A DNA stretch of 64,000 bases from Candidatus Uhrbacteria bacterium (GCA_016187485.1 JACPJO010000001.1:6195-70194); one strand, 5' to 3'. Shown: positions 1 through 9,116, counted from the stretch's first letter. Notes: generated by a model not told the origin, from the sequence alone. Numbers and translations are program-made.

Positions 1-2
1 AA

Positions 3-803
3 GTGATTCTTCTCGTGGGCCTGCTTGGCGGGGGGTATTGGGCGTACGAAAGTGGTAACGTCTATGAGATTGGCCTCCCTGGAGACGGACAGAAACCGTA
101 TGTGGATGTGCCAGTGGAGGCGGAGAAGGTGGAAGAAGTGAATGAAGCGGAGGAACCGAAGGAGGCGGTAAAAGCAGACGAGGAAGAAGATCTGCAGCGT
201 GTCCCCGCACAGGTTAATCTCGCCGTCCCGTTTGCATCCCAGGCTCCTTATGGTGTGTGGGATGAGGTGCACGAAGACACCTGTGAAGAAGCGGCGATCC
301 TTATGGTGGACCGCTACTACAAAGGGGAGCGTGGTACGCTGGATGCGGAGGGTGTCGAGAAAGAACTGCAGGCGCTTGTGGCGTTTGAGAATAAGACGTT
401 TGGGTTTTTTGAGGACACCACGGCGCGCGAGACGGCGGAGCTCGTGAGGCTCTTTTATCAATACCCGAAGGTCGAGTTGATTGTCGAGCCAACAGCAGAG
501 GACATCAAGGCCCACGTGCGTGCCGGGCGACCCGTGGTGCTTCCCACGGCTGGCCGCATTCTTGCCAATCCCTATTTTTCCGGCGCCGGCCCCAAGTACC
601 ATATGATTGTGGTGAAAGGGTATACCGAGGACGGATTTATTGTGAACGATCCGGGGACGAAGCGCGGCGCCGATTGGCTTTACGACACCGATCACTTGAT
701 GCGCTCGATCCACGATTGGGAGGTGCCAGAAGGAATCGAGAATCACCCGGCGGATATTCCCAAAGAAAAGAAGGTAGCCATTGTCATTTATGATACTGAA
801 TGA
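3..803 (+). CDS. Peptidase C39-like (C39_2/BtrH-like) domain protein, 5' partial
   Basis: Motifs VPFASQAPYGVW...EDTCEEAAILMV (Cys), HMIVVKGY (His), VNDPG (Asp) match the C39-like papain-fold peptidase pattern; ORF runs off the window start. Confidence 0.5.
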   Translation: MILLVGLLGGGYWAYESGNVYEIGLPGDGQKPYVDVPVEAEKVEEVNEAEEPKEAVKADEEEDLQRVPAQVNLAVPFASQAPYGVWDEVHEDTCEEAAILMVDRYYKGERGTLDAEGVEKELQALVAFENKTFGFFEDTTARETAELVRLFYQYPKVELIVEPTAEDIKAHVRAGRPVVLPTAGRILANPYFSGAGPKYHMIVVKGYTEDGFIVNDPGTKRGADWLYDTDHLMRSIHDWEVPEGIENHPADIPKEKKVAIVIYDTE

Positions 804-1263
804 TTACACGCTCGGCGCCGCGCTTGGGCTCTTGGTGGGGTTTGTCCTTGCCGTTCCCGCCATAGTTGTGGAGTGGCGCGAAAAGAAAGAGCAGCACCCG
901 CTTCCTATTCTTGTGGACATCAAACCAAAGTGGGGGCGGTCGCTTACTTATCGTGAGCTTTTCCTTGTGGCACTTCTTCTTCACTTCGTTTTGGCGACGT
1001 TATTTGGATTGATCTACGTCATCTTTGTAGAACAAGGGTGGTTGTTTGTGACACACGCTCCCTATACGCTGCTCTCGCTTGTGATTTATGCCGTAGGAGC
1101 ATGGTTGGTGGTGGGCATTCTCATTTTCCCGGCGGTCGGGTTCGGCCTATTTGGACGCCGTGAGGGGCCGGCTGTATGGGCAGAGATCTTTGTCACGCAG
1201 CTTCTGATCGGTCTTGGGATGTGGGGAATTATTCAGTGGCTTACGCCCGCGTATTTTTCATGA
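781..1263 (+). CDS. hypothetical polytopic membrane protein
   Basis: 160-aa ORF with 4-5 hydrophobic helices; overlaps the upstream gene end. Confidence 0.4.
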   Translation: MSFMILNDYTLGAALGLLVGFVLAVPAIVVEWREKKEQHPLPILVDIKPKWGRSLTYRELFLVALLLHFVLATLFGLIYVIFVEQGWLFVTHAPYTLLSLVIYAVGAWLVVGILIFPAVGFGLFGRREGPAVWAEIFVTQLLIGLGMWGIIQWLTPAYFS

Positions 1264-1264
1264 T

Positions 1265-2791
1265 ATGGGAGAGATGGGTATGGAGTGGAGAAACTCGAAA
1301 GGATGGGAACCAGAACCGTCTGTTTCTTCTCTTGAGCGTGGTCGGGCACAGCTGCAAGAATATCGAGAAAAGGTACAGCCGGTCATCACGGAGTTTAAGT
1401 ACTCGATTTACGAGCTCTCCTCCACACAGACAGACGCCCTCCTCCTTCGTCTAAAGGAGTATCGGGGCCTTATCGTAGCTACACTCCAGGAGAAAGAATC
1501 CATCGCTTTTATTGAGGCATTCAATGGGATGAAGGATCTTCTCTATGCTACGGATTACAGCAAACCGGAAGACTCAAAGGAAAGAGACAGATTCAAGGAT
1601 TTTGCCATAGAAATTCTCTTGGAACTTCGTGAAGAAGTATCCTGTGCTATGCGGGACGGTCGCGTGAATACTCTTTCGGGTTTGGGCGCGTTTAAGATGA
1701 TCGCGGACATTTCTTCAGATGTAAAACAAAAGGATGTTGCCTGCGGGGTTTTGATAGAATACCTCAAGGAAATAGAAGAGGACCTTCAGAGAAGTCCCAT
1801 GTTCTCCCTGGAGTTCTTTAGGACGATATTTTCGGAAGGAAATCCGTGGCAGATCAACGCGGCGGCGCAGGTTTTAAAAAAGTTTGCCAAAACTCAAGGC
1901 GGGGAAATGTTTGCACAGGCAGTGTCACGATTCTTTGGCGACTCTCCGTTTGGACCAGAACTGTGTGCCTATGGCGAGGAATTTATATCGCCGGTTTTAA
2001 GAACATACCAATTGCCAGAGAGCAAGTTTTTGAAAGCCTGGTATGCCAGTACAAAAAGGGAGAGATGGTCAGAAATGATTTTTAGCAACCTTAAAAGGCT
2101 GATGGAAATCGAAAAAGAGGAGCCTGGAGCAAGCGCCTTTCTGTATAAAGAGTTTGGGATTATGGACTTTGGGCGTTATCCCAAAGAAACGCTTGTGGCG
2201 CAGGTTCGAGAACATGACGATCTCTCTAAGCCATACGGGGTTGTCATCTTCCCGCGTGAAGATTGGAACGGGGCTTTCTATAATAAGGACATCCTCTTTG
2301 AATCGCTTACGGAACAACTGAAAGGAGAGCTTCTTTTGCGTGTCTTTGAATGTGAAGGGAGAATAGGCGTCGTAAAAGCGCTTATCAAAGCAGATCGGAA
2401 GTATCATCCGTCGGAGGGTGTCGGACACAAAATTGAGCTTGCGATTATTGGTGGGCATGGGACAGAAGACAGCATTCAGTTTGGCTACGGAAAAGGAAGC
2501 CATCTCTTTATTGAGGATCTTGCGGGGCATGGAGTGCAAAAAGTACGAGAAAAATTCTTCGCAGATAATCCGACGATCATTCTTTCGTCATGTTCGACAG
2601 GAACAGAGGGAGGCATTGGACAGGCGCTTTCACGGATCCTTAAGGCTAAGGTGATTGCACCCAAAGAATCGTCCGCTTTACAATCGCTTCACGCGAGTAA
2701 AAAAAGAGGCGAAAGTCGCTTTCGGTTCAATGCGACATTCTCGAGTCGACAAAAAGGGGTGTTTATGAACGGGGAGGAATCAAAAGAATAA
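1265..2791 (+). CDS. hypothetical protein; C-terminal His/Cys dyad-like motifs (AIIGGHG ... IILSSCSTG) reminiscent of clan CD (caspase/CHAT-like) peptidases
   Basis: ATG at 1265 directly follows the TGA of the previous gene; the upstream part of the tracked ORF (1214) overlaps. Motif assignment is from pattern only. Confidence 0.4.
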   Translation: MGEMGMEWRNSKGWEPEPSVSSLERGRAQLQEYREKVQPVITEFKYSIYELSSTQTDALLLRLKEYRGLIVATLQEKESIAFIEAFNGMKDLLYATDYSKPEDSKERDRFKDFAIEILLELREEVSCAMRDGRVNTLSGLGAFKMIADISSDVKQKDVACGVLIEYLKEIEEDLQRSPMFSLEFFRTIFSEGNPWQINAAAQVLKKFAKTQGGEMFAQAVSRFFGDSPFGPELCAYGEEFISPVLRTYQLPESKFLKAWYASTKRERWSEMIFSNLKRLMEIEKEEPGASAFLYKEFGIMDFGRYPKETLVAQVREHDDLSKPYGVVIFPREDWNGAFYNKDILFESLTEQLKGELLLRVFECEGRIGVVKALIKADRKYHPSEGVGHKIELAIIGGHGTEDSIQFGYGKGSHLFIEDLAGHGVQKVREKFFADNPTIILSSCSTGTEGGIGQALSRILKAKVIAPKESSALQSLHASKKRGESRFRFNATFSSRQKGVFMNGEESKE

Positions 2792-2797
2792 AGTGGT

Positions 2798-3973
2798 ATG
2801 AAAACGCTTTCAGTTGCGGAGTATCTGGAACTTGTAAATGAGACGCTTTCGCTTATTCCCACAACGGAGTTTTTGGTGGAGGGTGAGGTGGCCGAGTACC
2901 GCGTGTCTCAACAGAAGTGGATACATTTTTTACTCAAGGACGAAAAGAAGGAGGCATGCGTGCCGTGCTTTGCGACGACCTATCAGCTGTCGGTGCCGCT
3001 CGAGGACGGTATGCGCGTGCAGGTGGCAGGGTATGCCAGAATTTTTGAACGGTTTGGGAAGTTCAGTCTGAACGTCCGCCAGGTGACTCCCGTGGGAGAG
3101 GGGGCGCTGCGAAAGGCGTATGAACTTCTGAAAAAGAAACTTGAAGAAGAGGGGCTGTTTGATGTGGGACGCAAGCGGGAGCCCCCGCGCTTTCCTCGTA
3201 CCGTTGGCTTGCTTACCTCACCGGAAGCGGCGGCGTATACGGACTTTGTGCGTATTGCGAAGAATCGTTGGGCCGGCTCCGTGATTGAACTGTATCCGGT
3301 ACACGTGCAAGGAGCGCGGGCGGTGGAGAACATTTTGGAGGCGTTTGCGTATTTCCAGACGCTCTCTGTAAAGGAGCGTCCCGACATTCTTGTCTTAACA
3401 CGCGGCGGCGGATCGTTCGAGGACTTACACGCATTCAATGATGAACGCGTAGCGCGCGCCGTGTTCGGTTCTCCCGTTGCTGTTGTCGTGGGTGTGGGGC
3501 ACGAACGTGACGAATCTTTATGTGACTTTGTGGCTGACGTGCGCGCTTCAACGCCTTCGAACGCTGCCGAGATGGTCTTTCCCGATCGAAGAGCGGTCGC
3601 CGCCGAGATAGAATCGTCTGTGCGTGTATGGGACAGCCGACTTCACCGATGGGTGGAGGAGCGCCATGTTGTATTGGCTCGCGCCGGATCTGCCACCACG
3701 GTTTTCTTTGAACAGCTCTCCTCCCGTCTCCTGCATAACACGAAACGTCTTGGGCACGTGTTTTGGCCCGTGATGGCGCGGGCGCGAGAACGAGTGGAAC
3801 ATTTAGAGCGTATCCTTAAGCAAAGCAGCCCAAAACGCATTCTTGCGCGTGGCTACAGCATCGTACGACTTCATGGGGGTGTGCTTAAAGACGCGCGCGC
3901 GCTTGTGAAAGGGGAAGCCGTTCAGGTACAATTGGCGCACGGATCGTTCGACGCAGAGGTGACCTCTCTATGA
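2798..3973 (+). CDS. xseA: Exodeoxyribonuclease VII large subunit
   Basis: OB-fold N-terminus; RGGGSFEDL and ASTPSNAAE motifs. Confidence 0.85.
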   Translation: MKTLSVAEYLELVNETLSLIPTTEFLVEGEVAEYRVSQQKWIHFLLKDEKKEACVPCFATTYQLSVPLEDGMRVQVAGYARIFERFGKFSLNVRQVTPVGEGALRKAYELLKKKLEEEGLFDVGRKREPPRFPRTVGLLTSPEAAAYTDFVRIAKNRWAGSVIELYPVHVQGARAVENILEAFAYFQTLSVKERPDILVLTRGGGSFEDLHAFNDERVARAVFGSPVAVVVGVGHERDESLCDFVADVRASTPSNAAEMVFPDRRAVAAEIESSVRVWDSRLHRWVEERHVVLARAGSATTVFFEQLSSRLLHNTKRLGHVFWPVMARARERVEHLERILKQSSPKRILARGYSIVRLHGGVLKDARALVKGEAVQVQLAHGSFDAEVTSL

Positions 3974-4188
3974 CAAAAAAGGCCGCGGATTTTGGAAAGT
4001 TATTTGCCGAACTAGAAGACATTACGGCGTGGTTTGAGCGTGCCGATGTGGATGTAGAAGAAGGACTTAAGAAGTTTGAGCGTGGGCTTGTGCTCGCCAA
4101 ACAGTGCAAAGAGTTTTTGGACGAGGTAGACGTGAAAGTAAAAACTATCAAGAAAAAATATGATGCTGATACTTCGGTGGGTGATTAG
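3970..4188 (+). CDS. xseB: Exodeoxyribonuclease VII small subunit
   Basis: 72-aa coiled-coil protein; start overlaps the xseA stop (ATGA), the usual xseAB arrangement. Confidence 0.75.
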   Translation: MTKKAADFGKLFAELEDITAWFERADVDVEEGLKKFERGLVLAKQCKEFLDEVDVKVKTIKKKYDADTSVGD

Positions 4189-4510
4189 TGCGGTTCTTCT
4201 TTTGCTTGCGGCATCGTTTGTGCCGGGATTTGAAGTGAACGGATTGTACGCGGCGCTCATTGCGGCGCTTGTGCTTGGCCTCATCAACGCCATCATTCGC
4301 CCACTCCTTTTTCTCCTCACGCTTCCCGTGACGATTCTCACGCTGGGTCTATTCACGTTTGTGCTCAATGGCCTCATGGTGCTTCTTATGTCCACGGTGG
4401 TGAAGGGCGTAGAATTGGATGGACTCGTACCCGCGATCCTTGTGGGGCTCGTGATGTGGATCGGCGGCTGGGCGGCGAACACGCTTATTCGGGAGGCAAG
4501 CGAAAGCTGA
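4160..4510 (+). CDS. Phage-holin-4_2-like (PF04020-type) small membrane protein
   Basis: 116 aa, 4 TM; pattern ...GLINAIIRPLLFLLTLPVTILTLGLF... typical of the YvlD/holin_4_2 family. Confidence 0.55.
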   Translation: MMLILRWVISAVLLLLAASFVPGFEVNGLYAALIAALVLGLINAIIRPLLFLLTLPVTILTLGLFTFVLNGLMVLLMSTVVKGVELDGLVPAILVGLVMWIGGWAANTLIREASES

Positions 4511-4512
4511 TT

Positions 4513-5193
4513 ATGTTGCATGTGCTGTCGGTGGGCGGCTCCATGATTGTTCCCAGCGGAGGGATTGACGTGCGTTTTTTAAAATCTTTTTCTGCACTTG
4601 TCCGCCGTTCTGTGAAACGGGGCGACCGGTTTGTCATTGTCACGGGCGGGGGTTCAACAGCGCGTCATTATATTGAAGCGGGATCTCGTGTGACGAAAAT
4701 TTCCCACGAGGATTTAGACTGGCTTGGTATTCACGCGACGCGCCTCAATGCACATTTAGTGCGGACGATTTTGCGGGATGTTGCGTATCCGGTTGTCGTA
4801 AAATCTACGACAGAATCTATCCGCGGGTGGAAGAAGCCGGTGTTGGTTGCTGCCGGGGAAAAGCCCGGCCGATCGACGGACGACGTGGCCACGCGTTTAG
4901 CGCGCCGGTTTGGTGCGCGCACGGTCGTCAACATCAGCAACGTGGACGTACTCTACGACAAGGATCCGCGGACGCATAAAGACGCGAAGCCGGTAAAAGA
5001 GATGTCATGGAAGGAGTACCGCAGGATGGTAGGGAACAAATGGAGTCCGGGTTTAAGCGCTCCCTTTGACCCTGTTGCCTCAAAGTTGGCGCAAACCTCT
5101 CACATCCGCGTCGTCCTGGTCGGCGGCCGGGACGTTGCCAATATCGGTAAAGTACTCAAAGGCAAGCCATTTAAGGGGAGCGTGATTCAATAA
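4513..5193 (+). CDS. pyrH: Uridylate kinase (archaeal-type amino-acid-kinase fold)
   Basis: MLHVLSVGGSMIV..., VIVTGGGSTARHY, VLVAAGEKPGRSTD motifs; ATG at 4513 follows the upstream stop. Confidence 0.7.
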   Translation: MLHVLSVGGSMIVPSGGIDVRFLKSFSALVRRSVKRGDRFVIVTGGGSTARHYIEAGSRVTKISHEDLDWLGIHATRLNAHLVRTILRDVAYPVVVKSTTESIRGWKKPVLVAAGEKPGRSTDDVATRLARRFGARTVVNISNVDVLYDKDPRTHKDAKPVKEMSWKEYRRMVGNKWSPGLSAPFDPVASKLAQTSHIRVVLVGGRDVANIGKVLKGKPFKGSVIQ

Positions 5194-5195
5194 AT

Positions 5196-5615
5196 GTGAC
5201 ACCGGGCAAAGATTATATTGGCGTTGGTTGCGGACTTCTTGTGGTGAACGATAAACAGGAGGTGTTGCTCATGTTGCGTAACGCAAGTATTCGCAACGAT
5301 CGTAATTTGTGGAGTCAGCCGGGTGGGGCGGTGGAGTTTGGAGAGACAATAGAACAAGCGATCAAACGTGAAGCGGTGGAGGAAATTGGGGTTGAGGTGG
5401 AACTTCTGGAGTTGCTGAATGTAAATGACCACATGATTGATGGAGCGCATTGGATTGCCCCAGCGTATCTGTGCCGGATTATCTCTGGCGAGCTAAAAAA
5501 CATGGAGCCGGAGAAGTGTGAGGAGATTCGCTGGTTCTCCCTCTCTGCGCTGCCAGAGAATTTGAATGAAAACACGAAGAATTCAACCACGGTTCTTAAG
5601 CGAAGGGCGACTTGA
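5196..5615 (+). CDS. NUDIX hydrolase
   Basis: Nudix box GGAVEFGETIEQAIKREAVEEIGV. Confidence 0.7.
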   Translation: MTPGKDYIGVGCGLLVVNDKQEVLLMLRNASIRNDRNLWSQPGGAVEFGETIEQAIKREAVEEIGVEVELLELLNVNDHMIDGAHWIAPAYLCRIISGELKNMEPEKCEEIRWFSLSALPENLNENTKNSTTVLKRRAT

Positions 5616-5658
5616 AATCTACCCCCTTTTCCTTTAGGATGCTTGCCGGAGGTGCACC

Positions 5659-6303
5659 GTGCGTCACGTTCTCTCCCACGTGAACAATGATCTTGGTCAA
5701 GGGCTCCTGGCGTACATCGATCGCGGAGATGCCCACGTGATCCAGTTTCACACGAAGGAGCAGGGCCTGCGTATTATCGCTGGATTGGACGTGGAGGACT
5801 TTGAGGTGAATGAACTGGCGTCGGATATCCACTCGTCCACGCTTCCCCTGGATGCGAGCGAGTGTGACGAACGCATCATTCACTATCACGGCCGGCTTGC
5901 AGAGGAGTTGTGCATTCTCTTTGAGGTCATTGATCCGTCTGAGCGTGACCGTCTGACCGTCCCGCTGTACTCGCTCTTCATCCGTGTTTCTTCGTCTGGC
6001 CTCTCGCCGCTTGGCATGATTGGGGTCGTGTACGGGGCCTTTGTGTACCTTCTCGTGAGCGCGTCCGGTCGCTCGCTGATCCGGGAGGGGCAGAGGTTCA
6101 GTCCGCTGGATCTACGCTTTCATCTGGATGTTCAGCGCACGTGTGAGGCGCTTCCTCGGGGACGTGGCCGGGTGAGGAGGATTGGGGGAGTTGTGGCCTA
6201 CATGGCGATCGTGGGCATGGTGAGTGCGCGCATGCAGGAAGGGCGCGTGTTTGACAGCAGCAAGGCAGAGAAGATCTCGAGAGACCCCCTTGCCGTAAAC
6301 TGA
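5659..6303 (+). CDS. hypothetical protein
   Basis: GTG start preceded by GGAGGT; intrinsic terminator immediately downstream. No recognisable domain; it could be spurious in GC-rich DNA. Confidence 0.35.
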   Translation: MRHVLSHVNNDLGQGLLAYIDRGDAHVIQFHTKEQGLRIIAGLDVEDFEVNELASDIHSSTLPLDASECDERIIHYHGRLAEELCILFEVIDPSERDRLTVPLYSLFIRVSSSGLSPLGMIGVVYGAFVYLLVSASGRSLIREGQRFSPLDLRFHLDVQRTCEALPRGRGRVRRIGGVVAYMAIVGMVSARMQEGRVFDSSKAEKISRDPLAVN

Positions 6304-6954
6304 TCTCGTCCTCCTGCGTCTACCTTCTTTCTTGAGAGCCCCACGGGCTCTTTTCCTTTTTTTGAAAAGCGAAATCCTGCCGAGGGCAGGATGTGAAAGA
6401 AGGAACGCCGTTCTCTCGACCAGCCATGGTGGGAGATGTGGGAGAAGAGCGTTGCGTAGTGCCTGGGCACGGCACTCTGCAAGGACGCGCACGACGGAGT
6501 CTTTTGGCACTTCCTTCCTATGCAGTTCTAGCCGTGAGGTCTGTTCATACTCGGCCACTGCGGTGTAGACGACGATGAACCACCGGCGTGCTCGCGGCTC
6601 AACGGGAGTGGCTGCGATATCGGTCAGGGTCACGATGGTGGCCTCCAGCCGCTCCGTCGAGACGAACTTTGTCTCACCAGCACGGAAGATGACAGGGCGC
6701 ATCAGGTGCCCGAGCCACAGCTCCGCGTTCCGGTCTTCTCGTGGGCATCCGCCGGCCTCGGGTTGTCCCGGAGCATCCGGGCAGACGTCGCGTTCGTTGG
6801 GTACCCCGTCGTTGTCCGTGTCCGCGTTGGGGCTGCGCGTCGTCTCTGGTTTTTCGGCTGGCGATGTTTCAGCAGGCGTCTCACCCTGCTCCTTGGCCGC
6901 CGTGAGGAGGGGGACGAGGATGCAGAAGAGGAGGGCGATGTGTGCGGATCGCAT
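6112..6954 (-). CDS. Secreted protein with thrombospondin type-3-like Ca-binding motif (DTDNDGVPNERDVCPD); C-terminus doubtful
   Basis: Signal peptide MRSAHIALLFCILVPLLTAA; the N-terminal ~185 aa look protein-like. The distal half is Arg/His-rich and is translated across two terminator hairpins, so a frameshift or pseudogene is likely. Confidence 0.4.
   Translation of the reverse strand: MRSAHIALLFCILVPLLTAAKEQGETPAETSPAEKPETTRSPNADTDNDGVPNERDVCPDAPGQPEAGGCPREDRNAELWLGHLMRPVIFRAGETKFVSTERLEATIVTLTDIAATPVEPRARRWFIVVYTAVAEYEQTSRLELHRKEVPKDSVVRVLAECRAQALRNALLPHLPPWLVERTAFLLSHPALGRISLFKKRKRARGALKKEGRRRRTRSVYGKGVSRDLLCLAAVKHAPFLHARTHHAHDRHVGHNSPNPPHPATSPRKRLTRALNIQMKA
6334..6364 (+). terminator. 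rho-independent terminator
   Basis: AGAGCCC-CAC-GGGCTCT stem followed by TTTCCTTTTTTTG. Confidence 0.5.
6374..6392 (-). terminator. hairpin ATCCTGCC-GAG-GGCAGGAT with T-rich tail on the minus strand
   Basis: Lies inside the read-through part of the 6112..6954 ORF. Confidence 0.35.
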
Positions 6955-7065
6955 GGCTTTCCTTCAAGGTTCTGGGAGATCGGAACGACCTCCTTCCTCC
7001 GAGTGGAGGATGGTTAAACATAGCCCGAAAAATCCTCCAGGTCAATAGAGGGAGCCAAACCGAAA

Positions 7066-7131
7066 AGGTGCCTGGCACCTGTTTACCTCGCGCTAAACTC
7101 CGTATAAGTGCCGATCGACACTTATACGGAG
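7066..7131 (-). terminator. tandem terminator hairpins
   Basis: CTCCGTATAAGTG-ccgatcga-CACTTATACGGAG (13-bp stem) and AGGTGCC..GGCACCT; each is followed by T-runs on the minus strand, downstream of the 7158 gene. Confidence 0.4.
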
Positions 7132-7157
7132 TGCCCCTGATTCAATGGAGATAAAGT

Positions 7158-7943
7158 TTATGGTGTTGGTAGGCCGGTGATCGGGCGGGATTGGAGGATG
7201 AAAAACTCGCCGTTGGCCAAGCTCCACTCTACATCCACGGGGAAGCCATAGTGTTTTTCAATGTTACAGACCATGTCGGCGAGAGCGAGGATACGTTCGG
7301 GAGAAAGTTTTTGCATTTCTTGTGGAGGGACAATGCTTTCCGTGACGGCGCGAGCGCGTTTGCCCACGACATATTGGTCTGGTGTGACTTCTCCGGACAC
7401 CAGTGCCTCTCCAAGCCCCTTCGCGGCCTCAATGATCATGGTATCGCGATTGCCGGTAACGGGATGCGCGGAGAAGGCAACACCAGAGACTTCTGCGGGA
7501 ACCATTGCCTGGACGACAACGGCAACAGGAATACGCGTAGCATGGTCAATTCCTTGTGCCGAGCGGTATGCCGTGGCACGAGCGGACCCGATGGACACCC
7601 AGCAGCGCTCCACATTTTCTCTAAGAGTATCTCGCTCTGTGTTGAGGTACGTCTCAAGCTGTCCGGCCCACGCCGCCGTCTTTCCATCTTCTGCCGTCGC
7701 GCTTGATCGGACGGCGACGTGTTCAGCTCCGAGTGCATCAAAGTTCTTGAGGATGTCATCCGCGAGTTCGTCTGTCATGACTCCGCACGCCGGAGCAAGA
7801 ATCACAAAACCCGCCGGTACCGGAAATCCCGCCCGCGTCATTTCTCCAAGCGAGGCCCCCTTTCCCCCCGCCTCCGCCACATCATCCTTTCCGATATCTT
7901 TGAGCCATTTTATGAGCTTCATATATTCCCAGGCATTATACAT
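7158..7943 (-). CDS. PEP-utilising enzyme N-terminal (PPDK_N/ATP-grasp-like) domain protein, standalone
   Basis: KWLKDIGKDDVAEAGGKGASLGEM is the classic PEP synthase/PPDK N-terminal signature. No phosphohistidine or PEP-binding domain follows. ATG at 7943 chosen; the ORF extends to a TTG at 8018. Confidence 0.65.
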   Translation of the reverse strand: MYNAWEYMKLIKWLKDIGKDDVAEAGGKGASLGEMTRAGFPVPAGFVILAPACGVMTDELADDILKNFDALGAEHVAVRSSATAEDGKTAAWAGQLETYLNTERDTLRENVERCWVSIGSARATAYRSAQGIDHATRIPVAVVVQAMVPAEVSGVAFSAHPVTGNRDTMIIEAAKGLGEALVSGEVTPDQYVVGKRARAVTESIVPPQEMQKLSPERILALADMVCNIEKHYGFPVDVEWSLANGEFFILQSRPITGLPTP

Positions 7944-8099
7944 CTTTCGTGACTTAGCCCCGAAGGTTGACCTTTTTTTACAGCTGTGGCACTCTTCTTC
8001 CAGATTTGCCGGAGACAACGGGTCGAAGATCCTCCAGAGCTTGAGCGAAGGAGGACATTCGTAAGTCCCGTCGAGGCGACCCCCGAGATTTTTCTTGGG

Positions 8100-8192
8100 G
8101 TCAGTCGTGTCTCTGCGGTCAAGTCCGCAGTTTATTTTTTATCACCCCTCCATAGCTCCAGAGGAGCGAAGGAGGATTAAAGGTCGAAACCT
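8100..8192 (+). promoter_or_regulatory. rplJ 5' leader with attenuator-like hairpin
   Basis: CTGCGG-tcaagt-CCGCAG followed by TTTATTTTTTAT at 8113-8142, then AGGAGG and an ATG at 8193; this matches the L10-leader class of autoregulatory elements. Confidence 0.5.
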
Positions 8193-8711
8193 ATGCCAAA
8201 AACACGTGGACAAAAAGAAGCAACCGTCGCAGAGCTTACAAGTAGACTCACTGGCGCGAAAGCCGTGGTGTTTGCCACCGTAAGCGGCTACACCATGGAG
8301 GACGCCAATGCGCTTCGCCAAGCGGGGCGCAAAGACGGTGTGGAGGTTGCTATAACAAAGAAAACCCTTCTCTCTCTGGCGGCCAAACAGGCCGGGCTTG
8401 AGCTTTCTCGCGACGTTCTTCCGGGATCGATCCTTGCCGCATGGAGCCAGAGCGATCAGGTCGCCCCCGCGCGCGTCCTTGCCCAATTTGCCAAGAAGCG
8501 TGAGTCTATCAAACTTGCGTCTGGCATTGTGGAAGGCAAGTTCGTGGGTGCCGATGTGGTGAAGCGTTATGCCGCGCTACCGTCACGCGAGGAACTCCTG
8601 GCGAAGATGGTAGGGTCTATAAACGCGCCCGTAAGCGGCTTCGTCAATGTCTTGGCGGGCAACTTGCGTGGGCTTGTGACGGTTCTCTCTAAGATTCAAC
8701 CTTCAACCTAA
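8193..8711 (+). CDS. rplJ: 50S ribosomal protein L10
   Basis: Sequence similarity (MPKTRGQKEATVAELTSRL...); followed by rplL. Confidence 0.9.
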   Translation: MPKTRGQKEATVAELTSRLTGAKAVVFATVSGYTMEDANALRQAGRKDGVEVAITKKTLLSLAAKQAGLELSRDVLPGSILAAWSQSDQVAPARVLAQFAKKRESIKLASGIVEGKFVGADVVKRYAALPSREELLAKMVGSINAPVSGFVNVLAGNLRGLVTVLSKIQPST

Positions 8712-8714
8712 CCT

Positions 8715-9116
8715 ATGTCCGATGAAACAAAAGTGATCGAGGTCCCCGAAAAATTTAAGGGCCTTGTGGAGAGCATCGAGAAGATGTCCGTCCTGGACCT
8801 CTCGGAGCTCGTGAAAGTGCTTGAAGAAAAGTTTGGTGTCTCTGCCTCTGCTCCGGCCATGATGATGGCCGCGCCAGCCGCCGGAGGTGCTGTTGCTGAG
8901 GAAAAGTCCGCCTTTGACGTGGAACTTACCGCGGCAGGTGACCAGAAGATCAACGTAATCAAAGTCGTGCGCGAGGTCACGGGTCTTGGGCTCAAGGAAG
9001 CCAAAGACATCGTGGATGGCGCGCCGAAAGTTGTGAAGTCTGGGCTCGCAAAAGCCGATGCGGAAGCGCTCGTGAAATCTCTCACTGACGCAGGAGCCAA
9101 AGCCGCGCTGAAATAA
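8715..9116 (+). CDS. rplL: 50S ribosomal protein L7/L12
   Basis: Ala-rich hinge, then [25 protein letters not shown]. Confidence 0.9.
   Translation: MSDETKVIEVPEKFKGLVESIEKMSVLDLSELVKVLEEKFGVSASAPAMMMAAPAAGGAVAEEKSAFDVELTAAGDQKINVIKVVREVTGLGLKEAKDIVDGAPKVVKSGLAKADAEALVKSLTDAGAKAALK

Noticed and set aside
2069-2539. 156-aa minus-strand ORF inside the 1265-2791 gene
   Set aside because: Antisense to a well-supported long plus ORF with no independent signals. The same reasoning applies to 26136-26969, 39635-40321, 41204-41986, 44330-45337 and 58148-59143.
5596-5889. 97-aa minus-strand ORF between the NUDIX gene and 6112
   Set aside because: It is antisense to the better-supported plus ORF 5659-6303 (RBS plus terminator) and overlaps the NUDIX 3' end. 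A manual translation of the minus frame upstream of it gave nonsense.
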